Below are positions 13,807-24,921 of a stretch of DNA of 64,000 nt, piece after piece. How positions within the stretch are numbered: the first letter of the stretch is position 1; the number at the start of each line of letters is the position of its first letter. The notes beneath the pieces were generated by a model. That model made no database searches and had not been told where the DNA came from. It was given only the letters and a program-made list of their open reading frames with translations. Made by a program: the position numbers and the translations under genes. The DNA is taken from the NCBI GenBank assembly GCA_051530055.1, contig CM121341.1, forward strand, positions 5,620,784-5,684,783, written 5' to 3'. This stretch comes from Neoechinorhynchus agilis (lineage: Eukaryota; Animalia; Acanthocephala).

Positions 13807-14353
13807 ATGGCTCAAGTATTTTCGAAACTTAATTATTGGTATAAATATCCGAAAAGGGTTAGGATTTTGTTCGAAGAATGCGATACGGACAATGACGGAT
13901 ATTTGTGCTTTGACGATGTCCGCAGGATGCTCGTTTTATTTAAGATTTATAAAGACGATCATCAAGTCGATATTATGATGGACTCATTGGGTGCCGATGG
14001 TACCCGGCGTCTGGATATTCTACAATTTTATCGGATCTATAAGGCATACAAGAAACGGAAGAGAGCGGAGCCACGAACAATGACCGAAAGTTTGGTATTC
14101 AGTGTATTTGATCGGAATGATGATGGCTTAATTACCTTGACATAAGGGTTTATCTTATCGGGGTAATGCATTCCAATAAACCCAAATGATAGATGAACTT
14201 ATCTTCACAATGAAATTTCTCGGGATTTCGTTAACCGACGAACAAGCATACAAAATGCTCGCTATGGCTGATACTGATTTTGATGGAAAAATTAGCCGAA
14301 GAGAGTTCAAGACCTTATTCGACAGGCTTAGGACAAAGAAGAGAATTTTGTAG
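13807..14353 (+). CDS. Calmodulin-like 4-EF-hand protein, copy A
   Basis: EF loops DTDNDGYLCFDD, DRNDDGLITL|DE and DTDFDGKISRRE. The frame is restored by removing the 52-nt insert 14139-14190. Confidence 0.85.
14139..14190 (+). other. Non-GT-AG stem-closed intervening sequence in calmodulin-like A (52 nt; identical at 23428-23479, minus strand)
   Basis: Arms CATAAGGGTTTAT and ATAAACCCAAATG; removal restores the 12-residue EF loop. Confidence 0.8.
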
Positions 14354-15817
14354 GGGTTCTGTTTTTGAAAAATTTGAAAATTGTTTTTAGAAAGCTTGCA
14401 AAGCAAGTAGATTCTTGATCCCAATTCACAAATTCTCTAGCGTATCACGTTTAATAATTGATGGAAGGCATCTTTGTTGCGTACTCGCGAGATTTGAGAA
14501 CGCTTTCGTGTACTCACTCTTAGTACTTCACTTTAATTTAGACACGCTTTTGGAAAACATTATCCACCAAATCAACACAAGTGATTTGAAAACGCCTCCG
14601 GTTACTCACTCTTAGTTCTTCACTTTAATTTAGACACGCTTTTGGAAAATCTCTTTTTTTGAGTGAAAAGTGCGAGTGTATTCATGATCACGTCATTGTT
14701 CGGGAGTACGTTTTATTTTTTTTATTTTGTCCTAATTTTCGCCGCTTCATGGCTTCTTCGGAGACTCTCCCTCGCTCCGAAAAGGTCAGAAAAGTGATAA
14801 ACCATCTGACAATTCATCCTTCCTATTGAGCCACCAATCCTGCTACTCCTTCACGACCAATAAGCAGGGCAATGGCAAGGTCTACAGGATCAAATGCCCT
14901 GTAGAGAACCCCCAAGGCTGGGCCGTCGAGCTATGCTTCTATGTCCACAGCGAATTATCTCTTGATCAGCCCCTTGATTGACATTGGGATGACGATGCGC
15001 ATCCATAACCACTTGTATACCATCAATCTAGGAAGTTTATTCATAACAAAGATTGAAAATTTCTCACTAAGCTTCTTTTGAGCGCCAAAAAATCTTTATC
15101 CTCCCAATTTATCGATAATCTTGTGCTTTTTAGCTTAGTCGTTTGGTCTCTATTAGTACTTTTTGACTTTAAGCGATTATTCGTCCTCAAAGAAATGTTA
15201 TGTTGGGGAAAAATGCATCGTTTCTGAAGACACTACAATTAGTTTTTTTTTCAAAAATTGCTTTTCCAGTTCCATCAAGTTAACGCCTTTATTTCACGTG
15301 TCGTATTTCTTTTCTAGTGGATTTAAAACTTTTTTTGCCTCAAGAGATGCCATCTCTAACAGAACCACAATTTTCGATATGTGAGAAGGAGGTATCGGGG
15401 GGAGGGTTGTTTAGAAGTCTTAACCCCTTCTTTAAAGAGACGTCCTGCGAATCTCGCCGGGTTCATTATTTTCGATATGTGAGAAAGTACAACAAATTGA
15501 TGATGAAGAGCCTACGAGGTTCGCAGAACGTCTCTAATAAACTCTTTAAAGAAGGAGTAAAGACTTCTAGACCCTTGCAGTACAACGAGGGAATGCTGAG
15601 AAAGCGTGAGGAAAACTGCGGCTCCCCAGAACATTATCTTCCAAAACTAGTAAATTATAATAAATTCAATTATTTGCCAAAAAATAAATCTAAAAAGAAT
15701 TATCGTGCATATGAGACACAACAACGATGATCTTCGAAAAGTGTTTCTACACAAAAACATATGTCAATTTAATTGTTATTTTAAATGGTAAATAACTGAA
15801 TTCTATTGTAAAGAAAA

Positions 15818-16707
15818 TCACTGGCAGATAGAATCTATAAGTTGATGGTACATCCGCATACGCTTCGGGCGGACGTAATGAAAGGAGATGGAATTTTTAG
15901 AGAAAAATCGACGATATTCATTAAAAACTGAAAGGTAATTTTACCGTTTTAATTGGTGTTCTATTGTAAGTGTACATCCAATCTGGCAACTTGTTGTTTA
16001 GATACGTCTCAATATTTAATGGATGAAATAGTTGGCATCCATTTTGGTCAACGGTTTCAAAAAAATACCACCCCAGAACTATTCAAACAGTACGAGAATA
16101 TAACATCGTCCGGGAATGTTTCATAATACTTTAAGCAACAATATGGATTGGTTGCAAATCGAATCATTTTAAGTGCACTTTTGCTGATCACGTATCCTGC
16201 ACCTCCACTGTAATGTGTCCGAAATTGATGTCCATACGACGATGGTAAAAGTGGGTTTTTGTCTTCCAAAAATTTATTGAGGTTCTTCATGTGGATATAT
16301 GTGTCATCGTCTGCTTTCAGAATCCAATTACAAGGATTGTTTAAATCGTTTCTGATGAATTCCATCACACTGAGGACTCGTTCGTAGAGGTGATCGCTGT
16401 GCTCTGTTTCAATGCAAAAAGTATTCTCAACTTTTAAAATACCGCCCAATACATTGCTCATATTTGCACCGACTACAATGACAATGCTGCAATCTTTCGC
16501 CCATGTCTTGTAAGTGTTCCTAATCCTAGATGGAATAGCAGAATTTCCGTTTATAATGCAGCAGACTTGTAGGGAATCTTCGGTTTGGTTACCTTTTGGC
16601 TCTTTTGGTCTTCTCACAGATAAACGTGTTAATGAATACAACAAGAGCAATGAACTGAATGCGATACAACCCACAATTAGGCGATATTTGGTTATCGGAT
16701 AAATCAT
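15818..16707 (-). CDS. C1GALT1: Core-1 beta-1,3-galactosyltransferase-like (C1GALT1/fringe family), type II membrane protein
   Basis: N-terminal TM segment, WILKADDDTY, YSGGAGYVISKSAL, DDVIFSYCL; the frame-shifted continuation gives LFHP and ISFHY. Needs one-base corrections at T7 (about 16049-16055) and near 15925. Confidence 0.75.
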
Positions 16708-17217
16708 CGCTATCACACAATACTAAGACGATCGGTTCTCATCTTCGAACATGATCTTATGGGTACCAGTATGATTGCCTATTGTTTTCGGCCATTATTT
16801 GTCGAATTGCCAATTATTTATTTCAGTTTGCAACAACATTTTGCATCATTTAGTATTGGTTAAAAAAATCGAGAGAGAGAAAATCCTTCTTCTGAAAGGT
16901 AGAATTGAAGCATTGGTGATCATAATCTCGATCCGCAATTATATCAAACGTGCTTTATTGTAACATTTCCAAGACTCATCCGGATCATCTAAAAAGACTT
17001 TTTGTATGGCTCCAACAGAATAGATGATTTATCCTTTGTAAGCAGAACTTCCCACCAGCCAATAAGTTAGAGAGTTAAAATGCGTCTTTGAACAGCGGTT
17101 TATTTTAATGGAGGAGGCGACCTCTGGAATAAAAAAACTGAGAGGCTCGAGATGTTAAAATTTTCCAAAATATTTAAACCGCGTTAGATTTTACTGGTGT
17201 TAAAAGCTTCTTCATTA

Positions 17218-17812
17218 GAGTCTCCACTTTCTTGTCTTGCCCTGGAGTCTATTCTGCATAACTCCTTCGTAAATCTAAGTGCCGAGCTACCGAATGGTCC
17301 AAGAGTCTCCACTTTCTTGTCTTGCCCTGGAGTCTATTCTGCATAACTCCTTCGTAAATCTAAGTGCCGAGCTACCGAGTGGTCCAAGAGTCTCCACTTT
17401 CTTGTCTTGCCCTGGAGTCTATTCTGCATAACTCCTTCGTAAATCTAAGTGCCGAGCTACCGAGTGGTCCAAGAGTCTCCACTTTCTTGTCTTGCCCTGG
17501 AGTCTATTCTGCATAACTCCTTCGTAAATCTAAGTGCCGAGCTACCGAGTGGTCCAAGAGTCTCCACTTTCTTGTCTTGCCCTGGAGTCTATTCTGCATA
17601 ACTCCTTCGTAAATCTAAGTGCCGAGCTACCGAGTGGTCCAAGAGTCTCCACTTTCTTGTCTTGCCCTGGAGTCTATTCTGCATAACTCCTTCGTAAATC
17701 TAAGTGCCGAGCTACCGAGTGGTCCAAGAGTCTCCACTTTCTTGTCTTGCCCTGGAGTCTATTCTGCATAACTCCTTCGTAAATCTAAGTGCCGATCGCA
17801 CCAAGAGTCTCC
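17218..17812. repeat. 85-bp tandem repeat, 7 units
   Basis: Unit GAGTCTCCACTTTC...GTGGTCCAA starts at 17218, 17303, 17388, 17473, 17558, 17643 and 17728. Confidence 0.95.
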
Positions 17813-18519
17813 ACTCCAAAGGGTACAAAAACGTGAAACCTTCTCAGTTCTTTATATTTCGCCACCTTTCGGTCCATTTTTGGGGAGCAGATTTACAGTA
17901 TAGGTCGTAGGATGAGGATTTTTACGAGAAATGAGGTTGTTAAAAAAAGAGTTTAAGAGACCTTCGGAGGGAGAGATTCATATGGGGTAAAACCGTATTA
18001 AGATAATCCAAACATTGATTAATCAAAATTTTCAATTTGTCAGTTCGATGAGCAGTAATCGCAAAAGTGATATTGTCTGCATAGCAGAAGGGAGAGAGGC
18101 ATTAGCATGAAGATTCATAGGAATACTAACAAAAATAGCATAGGGGAAGGCAGATAGCTTTCCGGAACGCCGTTTAGAGGATAATCAAAAGATGTAGTAG
18201 TGTCGTCCTCATAAAAGAAGGACTTTGAAAAAAGTGCGGAGAACGCTAAGAAATTTTATATTTGAAATTTTGTCAAAAGAATGAGATAAATCACTTGCTA
18301 GAGTAGCACGCAAGGAGAGATGACTAAAACTAGAGAATATATATCAGCCAGAGCGGAATTAACTGATTTATCTTTAATAAAACCAGGACTCGGAGGCCTT
18401 GAACCACGCCGTAAAAGCGTTTTTCATTGATTTTTAACACGTCGCTGGCCGGTACCATTTTAAGTTCAAAAGTTCCGGACTCTTTTTTATGACTACTTTC
18501 ACATTGTCTGAAACAGGAT

Positions 18520-18810
18520 AAAAAAGAAGAAGAAAGAAGAAGGAAAAAGAATAAACACGAAGGAAGAAGAAGAAGAAGAAGAAGAAGAAGAAGAAGAAGA
18601 AGAAGAAGAAGAAGAAGAAGAAGAAGAAGAAGAAGAAGAAGAAGAAGAAGAAGAAGAAGAAGAAGAAGAAGAAGAAGAAGAAGAAGAAGAAGAAGAAGAA
18701 GAAGAAGAAGAAGAAGAAGAAGAAGAGAAGAAGAAGAAGAAGAAGAAGAAGAAGAAGAAGAAGAAGAAGAAGAAAGAAGGAAAAAGAAGAAACACGAAGG
18801 AGGAAGAAGG
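18520..18810 (+). repeat. (GAA)n microsatellite of about 210 bp within a purine-only-rich tract
   Basis: Directly visible; one interruption near 18724. Confidence 0.95.
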
Positions 18811-19187
18811 AGGAGAAAGAATAGTCGCGAGCCATCAAATTCAATGAAAAGACAGCTCCAAAAGGTGACACCACCTTCAAAGGACAACTCATTTCCGTAA
18901 CAACGCCGTCCGTTCCCTCGACTTGGATTCTCCGTCTTTTAAAGTCTAATGTGGAAAACGGCGAATATTGCGGTCCGGCATGGACTCACCAGGTTTAATT
19001 CCATGTTTATTGTTGAAAATACAAAGAATAAGAGGAATGTTCGGCTTTAGAAACTATTGAAGGATAAACCAAGAACGTACTTATAACGGAAAATCCTTGG
19101 GAAAACGAACGAACTAATAAAATGGAAGGATAATCGTCTTCTTTGGATCTTTTAACTCGTTGGGTTGTTCCCTCTTTTTGTTTTAAG

Positions 19188-20107
19188 ATGTGTTCATCGT
19201 TGTCTCCAATTAGTACAGTTGTCAAGGGAACTAAGAATGCGGCCAACTACCGAGTCTACTTTCGGGACGTCAAACGAGGATTCATTTCGCCCTTTCACGA
19301 CATTCCACTTCGTTGCTCTCCTAATATGGATCGTCATTTCGTGAACATGGTAGTCGAAATCCCTCGATGGACGAACGCTAAACTAGAGATTTGTAAAGCC
19401 GAACCTCTTAATCCCATAAAACAGGACGTTAAGAAAGGCAATCTCCGATTCGTCGATAATATCTTTCCATATCATGGTTACATTTGGAATTATGGGGCTA
19501 TTCCGCAGACTTACGAAGATCCGAATATCATTGATCCAGCAACTAATGCTGTTGGCGATGATGATCCACTCGATGTGATTGAAGTGGGAACCCAAGTTCA
19601 CCAAACGGGTGATTTACTTGTTGTGAAAGTGATTGGTGCCATTGCACTCATCGACGAGGGTGAAACCGATTGGAAAGTGATCGCAATTGACCGCAACGAT
19701 CCACTAAGTGAGAAACTGAACCGAATTGAGGATATTGAGAGAGTCATCCCTGGCCTTATTGAACACACTATCCGGTGGTTTCGACTTTAAAGTGTTCAGG
19801 TTTCTTACTTGGATTTGTCTCTTCTAACAACCTGAACTCATACAAAGTGCCAAAATCGTCACCTCCCAACAAATTCGGATTTGGAGGGCAAGTGCAGGAT
19901 CTAGAAACCGTTCTCGCTGTTATTGACGAATCACATGAAGCTTGGAAGAGACTCATTCGGGGAGAAATGAAGTTGAAAAAGGAAATTTGTTTGCATGGAC
20001 TCAACAGTGTTCCTTCTTTGGACGAAAGAGAAACTTTAGTCAAAGAAGAAGAAGGACCATGCACGGTCTGTGTTGGTGAGGAATGCAAAACGCTATCTTA
20101 TATTTGA
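19188..20107 (+). CDS. PPA1: Family I soluble inorganic pyrophosphatase
   Basis: [79 protein letters not shown]|YKVP after removing 19789-19841. Confidence 0.95.
19789..19841 (+). other. Non-GT-AG stem-closed intervening sequence in PPase (53 nt)
   Basis: Arms GTTCAGGTT (19794-19802) and AACCTGAAC (19829-19837); removal restores WFRLYKVP. Confidence 0.85.
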
Positions 20108-20209
20108 GTAAATTCACATTCGAACGAAATGGGAAAACAATTCGAATTTTCTAATTTTCTGCCCTTTTTATTCAATGGAACATTGATTTTTCCAAACTAC
20201 ACGAACGAA

Positions 20210-20400
20210 GTACGCTCCTTTTTTCCTTACTGCCCAATCTTCTCTCGGATATCATAACCCGAAATGATTCTGAGGAAAAACCAACCTTACAAACTCTCCT
20301 GCGTTCAATAACCACCAATTCCAACAAGAAAGGATATCCCCGAAAGGATATTCGCACCCAATCGAACCCATTATCCACTCTAAAATCAACGACCGCATTC
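20210..20400 (+). mobile_element. Short LINE 3' remnant
   Basis: GCCCAATCTTCTCTCGGATATC...GAAATGATTCTGAGGAAA...CCAACCTTACAA matches the reverse complement of about 63380-63500. Confidence 0.6.
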
Positions 20401-22063
20401 ATTGAACAAATCAGAACTCGAGTGTTGTTGTGAGGATCCTTTTCTTTGTCAAAAAACAACAGCGACCATGCAGGAAAAAACCCAAAGTCTGCACAGAGCG
20501 CTAAAATTATTCAATTCCATTTCCCCAATTTTGCTTTTTTACTCAATTCCCCTCATGATAAGAACGCATCAAATTGGTTTTTCGGCTGTCCGAAGAAAAT
20601 CTCGTATCCGAATAATGTTCGGTTTCGATTAATTCGTACATAAACGACTCGTTCTAGTGTAATCGAACTTATAGTCGAAGCGATCTGTTAAAAATCAATG
20701 AAAAATGCTTTTACGACGTGGGTAATGAAAACTGAGATCTTCGAAATATTTCAATAAAACACGTTTTATCCAAGATTATGATCAAAAAGTTTCAGACAAT
20801 CGCAAAGCTTGATAATTTGAATTCCGCGGCATCCATTAAGGTAATGCCAACATCGTGGCTTTACTCAGCTTTGAGATTTTAAAGTGTCCAGCATTTAATT
20901 CGGAATTATTTGTCTATTGTTTCGTTTTTCCTTTGTTAATAAAATCTCAATCGACTCTTCAAAAGATAACGTTTAATCAAGAAATTTGCATTTAGAACAA
21001 AAACTATGTAAACTCAACGCCGTATTTAATTTGCATTTTTAAAATCAAGTAAAAGGTAACAATATTTTGGTTGTGACAATAATGAAACCTTCAAAATTAA
21101 TCGACTTGATTCACAGACCATCATGCCCATATTCAATCACACAAAAATCAAGTAGATGAGTTGAATAGTTATTTTTTTGAGAACGGAATTTAGTACATTG
21201 TTGATCCTTTTGTTTTGGCTCACTTCGATTATCGTCTTAATAGGAATATTTTCCTACTTTTGCTGCGGTTCCAAAATGCTATTGACGACTTGTGATAACG
21301 TTTTTTTGCTAATGGAATTTAATTTTTAAAATTCACGTCCTACAGCGTTTAAAGATTCCACTTCTCTCCAGATTGTTCCTTCAACATTTTAGATTTTATT
21401 TATTATCCAAATTTGCGCCCTCCTCCCTTTAGTCCGCTTCCTTTAAGATTTCTGCAAAAAATGTAAAAATCGCTTTAGTTGTCGTCGTGATTTATTGAAA
21501 TAAATCGTGATGAGCACTTGGCGTTAGTGCTGTACATTTTGAATGATAATATTACAGTGTAAATTCGATAAAAAAATCAACATTTGTCATCAAAAGACAT
21601 CTTTAAACTATTGCAGCAACCGCAGCTGAGGATCGCAAAAAGACAAAATACACAACTCCGTCCTTTTGAACATTAGACAAAGACGGCAGCTTGAGTGATC
21701 CAGAAAGGCGATGGTGTGGATGTTTTTGAACTCTTCTTAAAAAACAACTTAAATTGACTAAAGAAATAATGGACCTGGAAATATTTGTTTCTGTATTCCG
21801 GTTAATCGTTCGTTCACTACTTTTCACGACCTAAACATTATTAGTGCAAAGTATTTTGCGCCTCTGAGATTATTTCTTTTTCTCCATAAAATAATTTTTA
21901 ATCGTTCGTTTTGTTTAATGGCTTTTTAATGTCATCTTGCTAAGAATGCATCGAGGTTAGAAGGTGTTTATGAACTGCCTCAACCGACAAATGAACTTGA
22001 ACGTTGTCATTTAATAGCTTTTTGTGAGTTCGCTTAATATAAATACGAACAAACAGCAACTCT

Positions 22064-22342
22064 TTGCTCCACACAATGAATACTCGATTCAATGAGAATT
22101 CTATTCATCTTACCAGTGATGAATACGCCGTCGAGTACCTCTTGGATCTTCAAGTGTCTTTATTGAACGACACAACGAGCGAACAATTAATATTGGACAG
22201 ATCTACGAGAGAGGACCTTATCAGAAGCACGGACAATTTCCTTCCAATCCATGTTCCAGTGCCGGCTGTGATCACAATACCGTTAAATCAAAGCACAAAG
22301 AACCGATATTTAATTCGTGATACGGATCGCGATTTCATTTAG
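22064..22342 (+). CDS. Uncharacterised protein, paralog of 24106-24504
   Basis: Shares EY(A)VEYLL.LQ.S.LND...EQL.LD.S...DLIRSTD.F.PI...VP...TIP with the second copy. Confidence 0.6.
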   Translation: MLHTMNTRFNENSIHLTSDEYAVEYLLDLQVSLLNDTTSEQLILDRSTREDLIRSTDNFLPIHVPVPAVITIPLNQSTKNRYLIRDTDRDFI

Positions 22343-23267
22343 AATGAAGCTCAAACTATCGCTTAATCATGATCATAAAAGATAACATTAAACGTTTGGT
22401 GAGTTTAAAAAGTAAAGAATTTCACGCTTAGCAGAAATCAGTAGTCCCATTTCTCCTCATTTTACTAATTCGAGTGGTCCATGAAAATTAATGTGCGTAG
22501 TATTGGTGATCATTTTAACAAAAACATTGATAAAGTTGTCTATAATTGTTACTAGAAATGAAAAACACATTTTCTGTATTCGGGCAAAGAGTAGTGTGAT
22601 TCAAATTTGTTAGTTTTGAAGATTTTTATGGTTTAAGAAGCTAAATCAAGAATACTTCAGTCTTTCTATACGACGAGTTTTTCGTTCTCCTCAACATGCA
22701 AAATTTCAATTGTAGTTTCTACTCCAACTTAAATTGTAGAAACCTTATAAGGAGGTTGAACCCTCGAAAATTTGCACGTTTACAAATCTCGAGGAGAATG
22801 AAAAACTCGCCTCTGAACCCTTCGAAGGAAAAACTCGATCGAACTTAATAGAAGTCGAATTGCATTTCGGTTCTAAATTTTTAAAGACAAACTTGATCAC
22901 ACCGCTTACAGAATACACTGAACGTAACATTTGTTGCATTTGTCAGCTGATTTTCTCGACCGGATGCATATATTTCTATAATTTCGGCGAACATCGCCAC
23001 GGATCCCTGTTTCAGGCTCAAAGGGTTCGAATCCACGATTGCCAATACCTCGATGAAGGGAGGAGGAAACTCACTGATGAGTCTCGCCTCCTGGTGAGGT
23101 ATCTGAGAATCCGGACGAACTCCTAACGTTTCATCCGAGTTTAAAGTGGTCGTAATATCACTTCTCTGATGTAAAACATTAAATTCGACCGCCGAAAGCG
23201 CTAATGCACATCAATAGAAATACTGAACGTAACGATTTTTATTTTCAATGTGACAAAAGGTATTATT

Positions 23268-23802
23268 TTAGCTAAAAGTCTGAGTTTTCATCTTTTCAAA
23301 AAGTGCCTTAAACTCCTGTCTATTAATGGTGCCGTCTGCGTCAATATCAGCCATTGCGAGCATCCCACGTGCGTCGTGTTCATTTAACGAAATCCCGAGA
23401 AATTTCATTGTGAAGATAAGTTCATCTATCATTTGGGTTTATTGGAATGCATTACCCCGATAAGATAAACCCTTATGTCAAGGTAATTAAGCCATCATCA
23501 TTCCGATCAAATACACTGAACGCCAAACTTTCATTCATTTGCGTTTCTCGTTTCTCGTTTCCACTTTTAGATATTTTGTAAATTCGGTAAAAATGCTCAA
23601 GATCTATTTTGCCACTATTGTCTGCTCCAAAGGATTTCATGATTAGCTCGACTTGATGATCGCTGTCGTACATTTTAAATAAAACTAGCATCCGTTGCAC
23701 CTCTTCAAAGCAAAGAAATCCGTCTTTGTCCATATCGCACTGCTCGAATAATTTTCGTACCTGTTTTGGGTATTTGAGACAAACATAGAGTTTCGCTAAC
23801 AT
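23268..23802 (-). CDS. Calmodulin-like 4-EF-hand protein, copy B (inverted paralog)
   Basis: EF loops DMDKDGFLCFEE, DRNDDGLITL|DE and DIDADGTINRQE; identical 52-nt insert at 23428-23479. Confidence 0.85.
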
Positions 23803-24105
23803 TGTTTTATAAAAAAATTAATTTCTTCAAATGCATTCGTCCACTTCCATGGCTACCATTTTCGTTTTTAACTAAATATTGCACTTCTTCACCCGTGATC
23901 ACTTTGCATTAATAAAAACCGTCGGTTATAAAGTTTTTTGGAGCCCTCAAACCGAAGATGAATCTCTCACGGGAAATATAATCCAAGCGTTATTTACAAA
24001 TACCATAGCGTTCACCTTTTCGGTCCGTGTTTATGAGAACCGAAAGCTACGCAGCTCAATAGTACCGATCCCTATTATTTCTCCGCCACCCATCAATTAT
24101 TTGAG

Positions 24106-24504
24106 TTGGAAATGGTAAAACATCAGAATCCAAAAAAAGGCGGAATGGACCCTAGAATTATTCCAAGCGCTCCTCGCTTTATCCCGGACGAACACGCAGC
24201 GGAATACCTTTTGAATCTTCAACTATCGGTCTTAAATGATGCAATGCAAGAACAATTGCAATTGGATAAATCTATGACAGATGAACTAATCAGAAGTACT
24301 GATGTGTTTCGACCGATCTACATATCCGTCCCTCCTATTGTGACAATTCCATTTAGACAGCATCAATTGGATGGAAGTAGAATTAGTTTATTGAACCTTA
24401 ATACAATACAGGACACGTCTTCTGATCAAAATAAAATCAAATATTACTATGATAAGACAAAGAAACCTTCCAAATCCAACGATCAACACAGCGAGTATTG
24501 TTGA
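24106..24504 (+). CDS. Uncharacterised protein, paralog of 22064-22342
   Basis: Amino-acid conservation between the two diverged copies, with codon-level divergence, supports coding status. Confidence 0.6.
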   Translation: MEMVKHQNPKKGGMDPRIIPSAPRFIPDEHAAEYLLNLQLSVLNDAMQEQLQLDKSMTDELIRSTDVFRPIYISVPPIVTIPFRQHQLDGSRISLLNLNTIQDTSSDQNKIKYYYDKTKKPSKSNDQHSEYC

Positions 24505-24921
24505 CTCATACGATAAAGTATCGGCGTATTAAATTCGACTGAACTTATAACTAATTCGAAGCAGTCTAAAAAACATTTCTTGAATAAAGCTTTGATGTGT
24601 GTGTCGGTTCGCTCCTGCAAAAACTTTCGATTTTTATTAGAATATTTATTGAGTGCAGCCGCCCCACAACAAAAAATAAAAATAAACCGAAGGGTACAGC
24701 AAAACTTAAGGGCACATATTAGTGATAAAAACGAAAAACAAAGGTGAATAAGCTCACTGTGATGTACAACAAAAATGTAGGCCAAAGCTCCAAAACGTGG
24801 ACAACTATATGGGCTTTTTTTTGGTATATTACAACAACCACTTCTATCGCCCTTCGCAAGCCACCATAACAACGATAGTACGAAATTTTTAAAATCCACA
24901 TCCAGCTTTCAAATCGTTTAG

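Noticed and set aside
14139-14190. T4 gene 60-style ribosomal bypass of the roughly 50-nt gap
   Set aside because: No matched take-off/landing codon pair, and similar inserts elsewhere range to 334 nt.
15920-15953. 34-nt hairpin at a frameshift in the C1GALT1-like gene as another atypical intron
   Set aside because: It does not fit T|R..T|A, and a single extra T in a homopolymer explains the frameshift equally well; another such error lies 100 nt away.
18330-18892. Poly-Leu/Phe/Ser ORFs on the minus strand
   Set aside because: Artefacts of the (TTC)n strand of the microsatellite.
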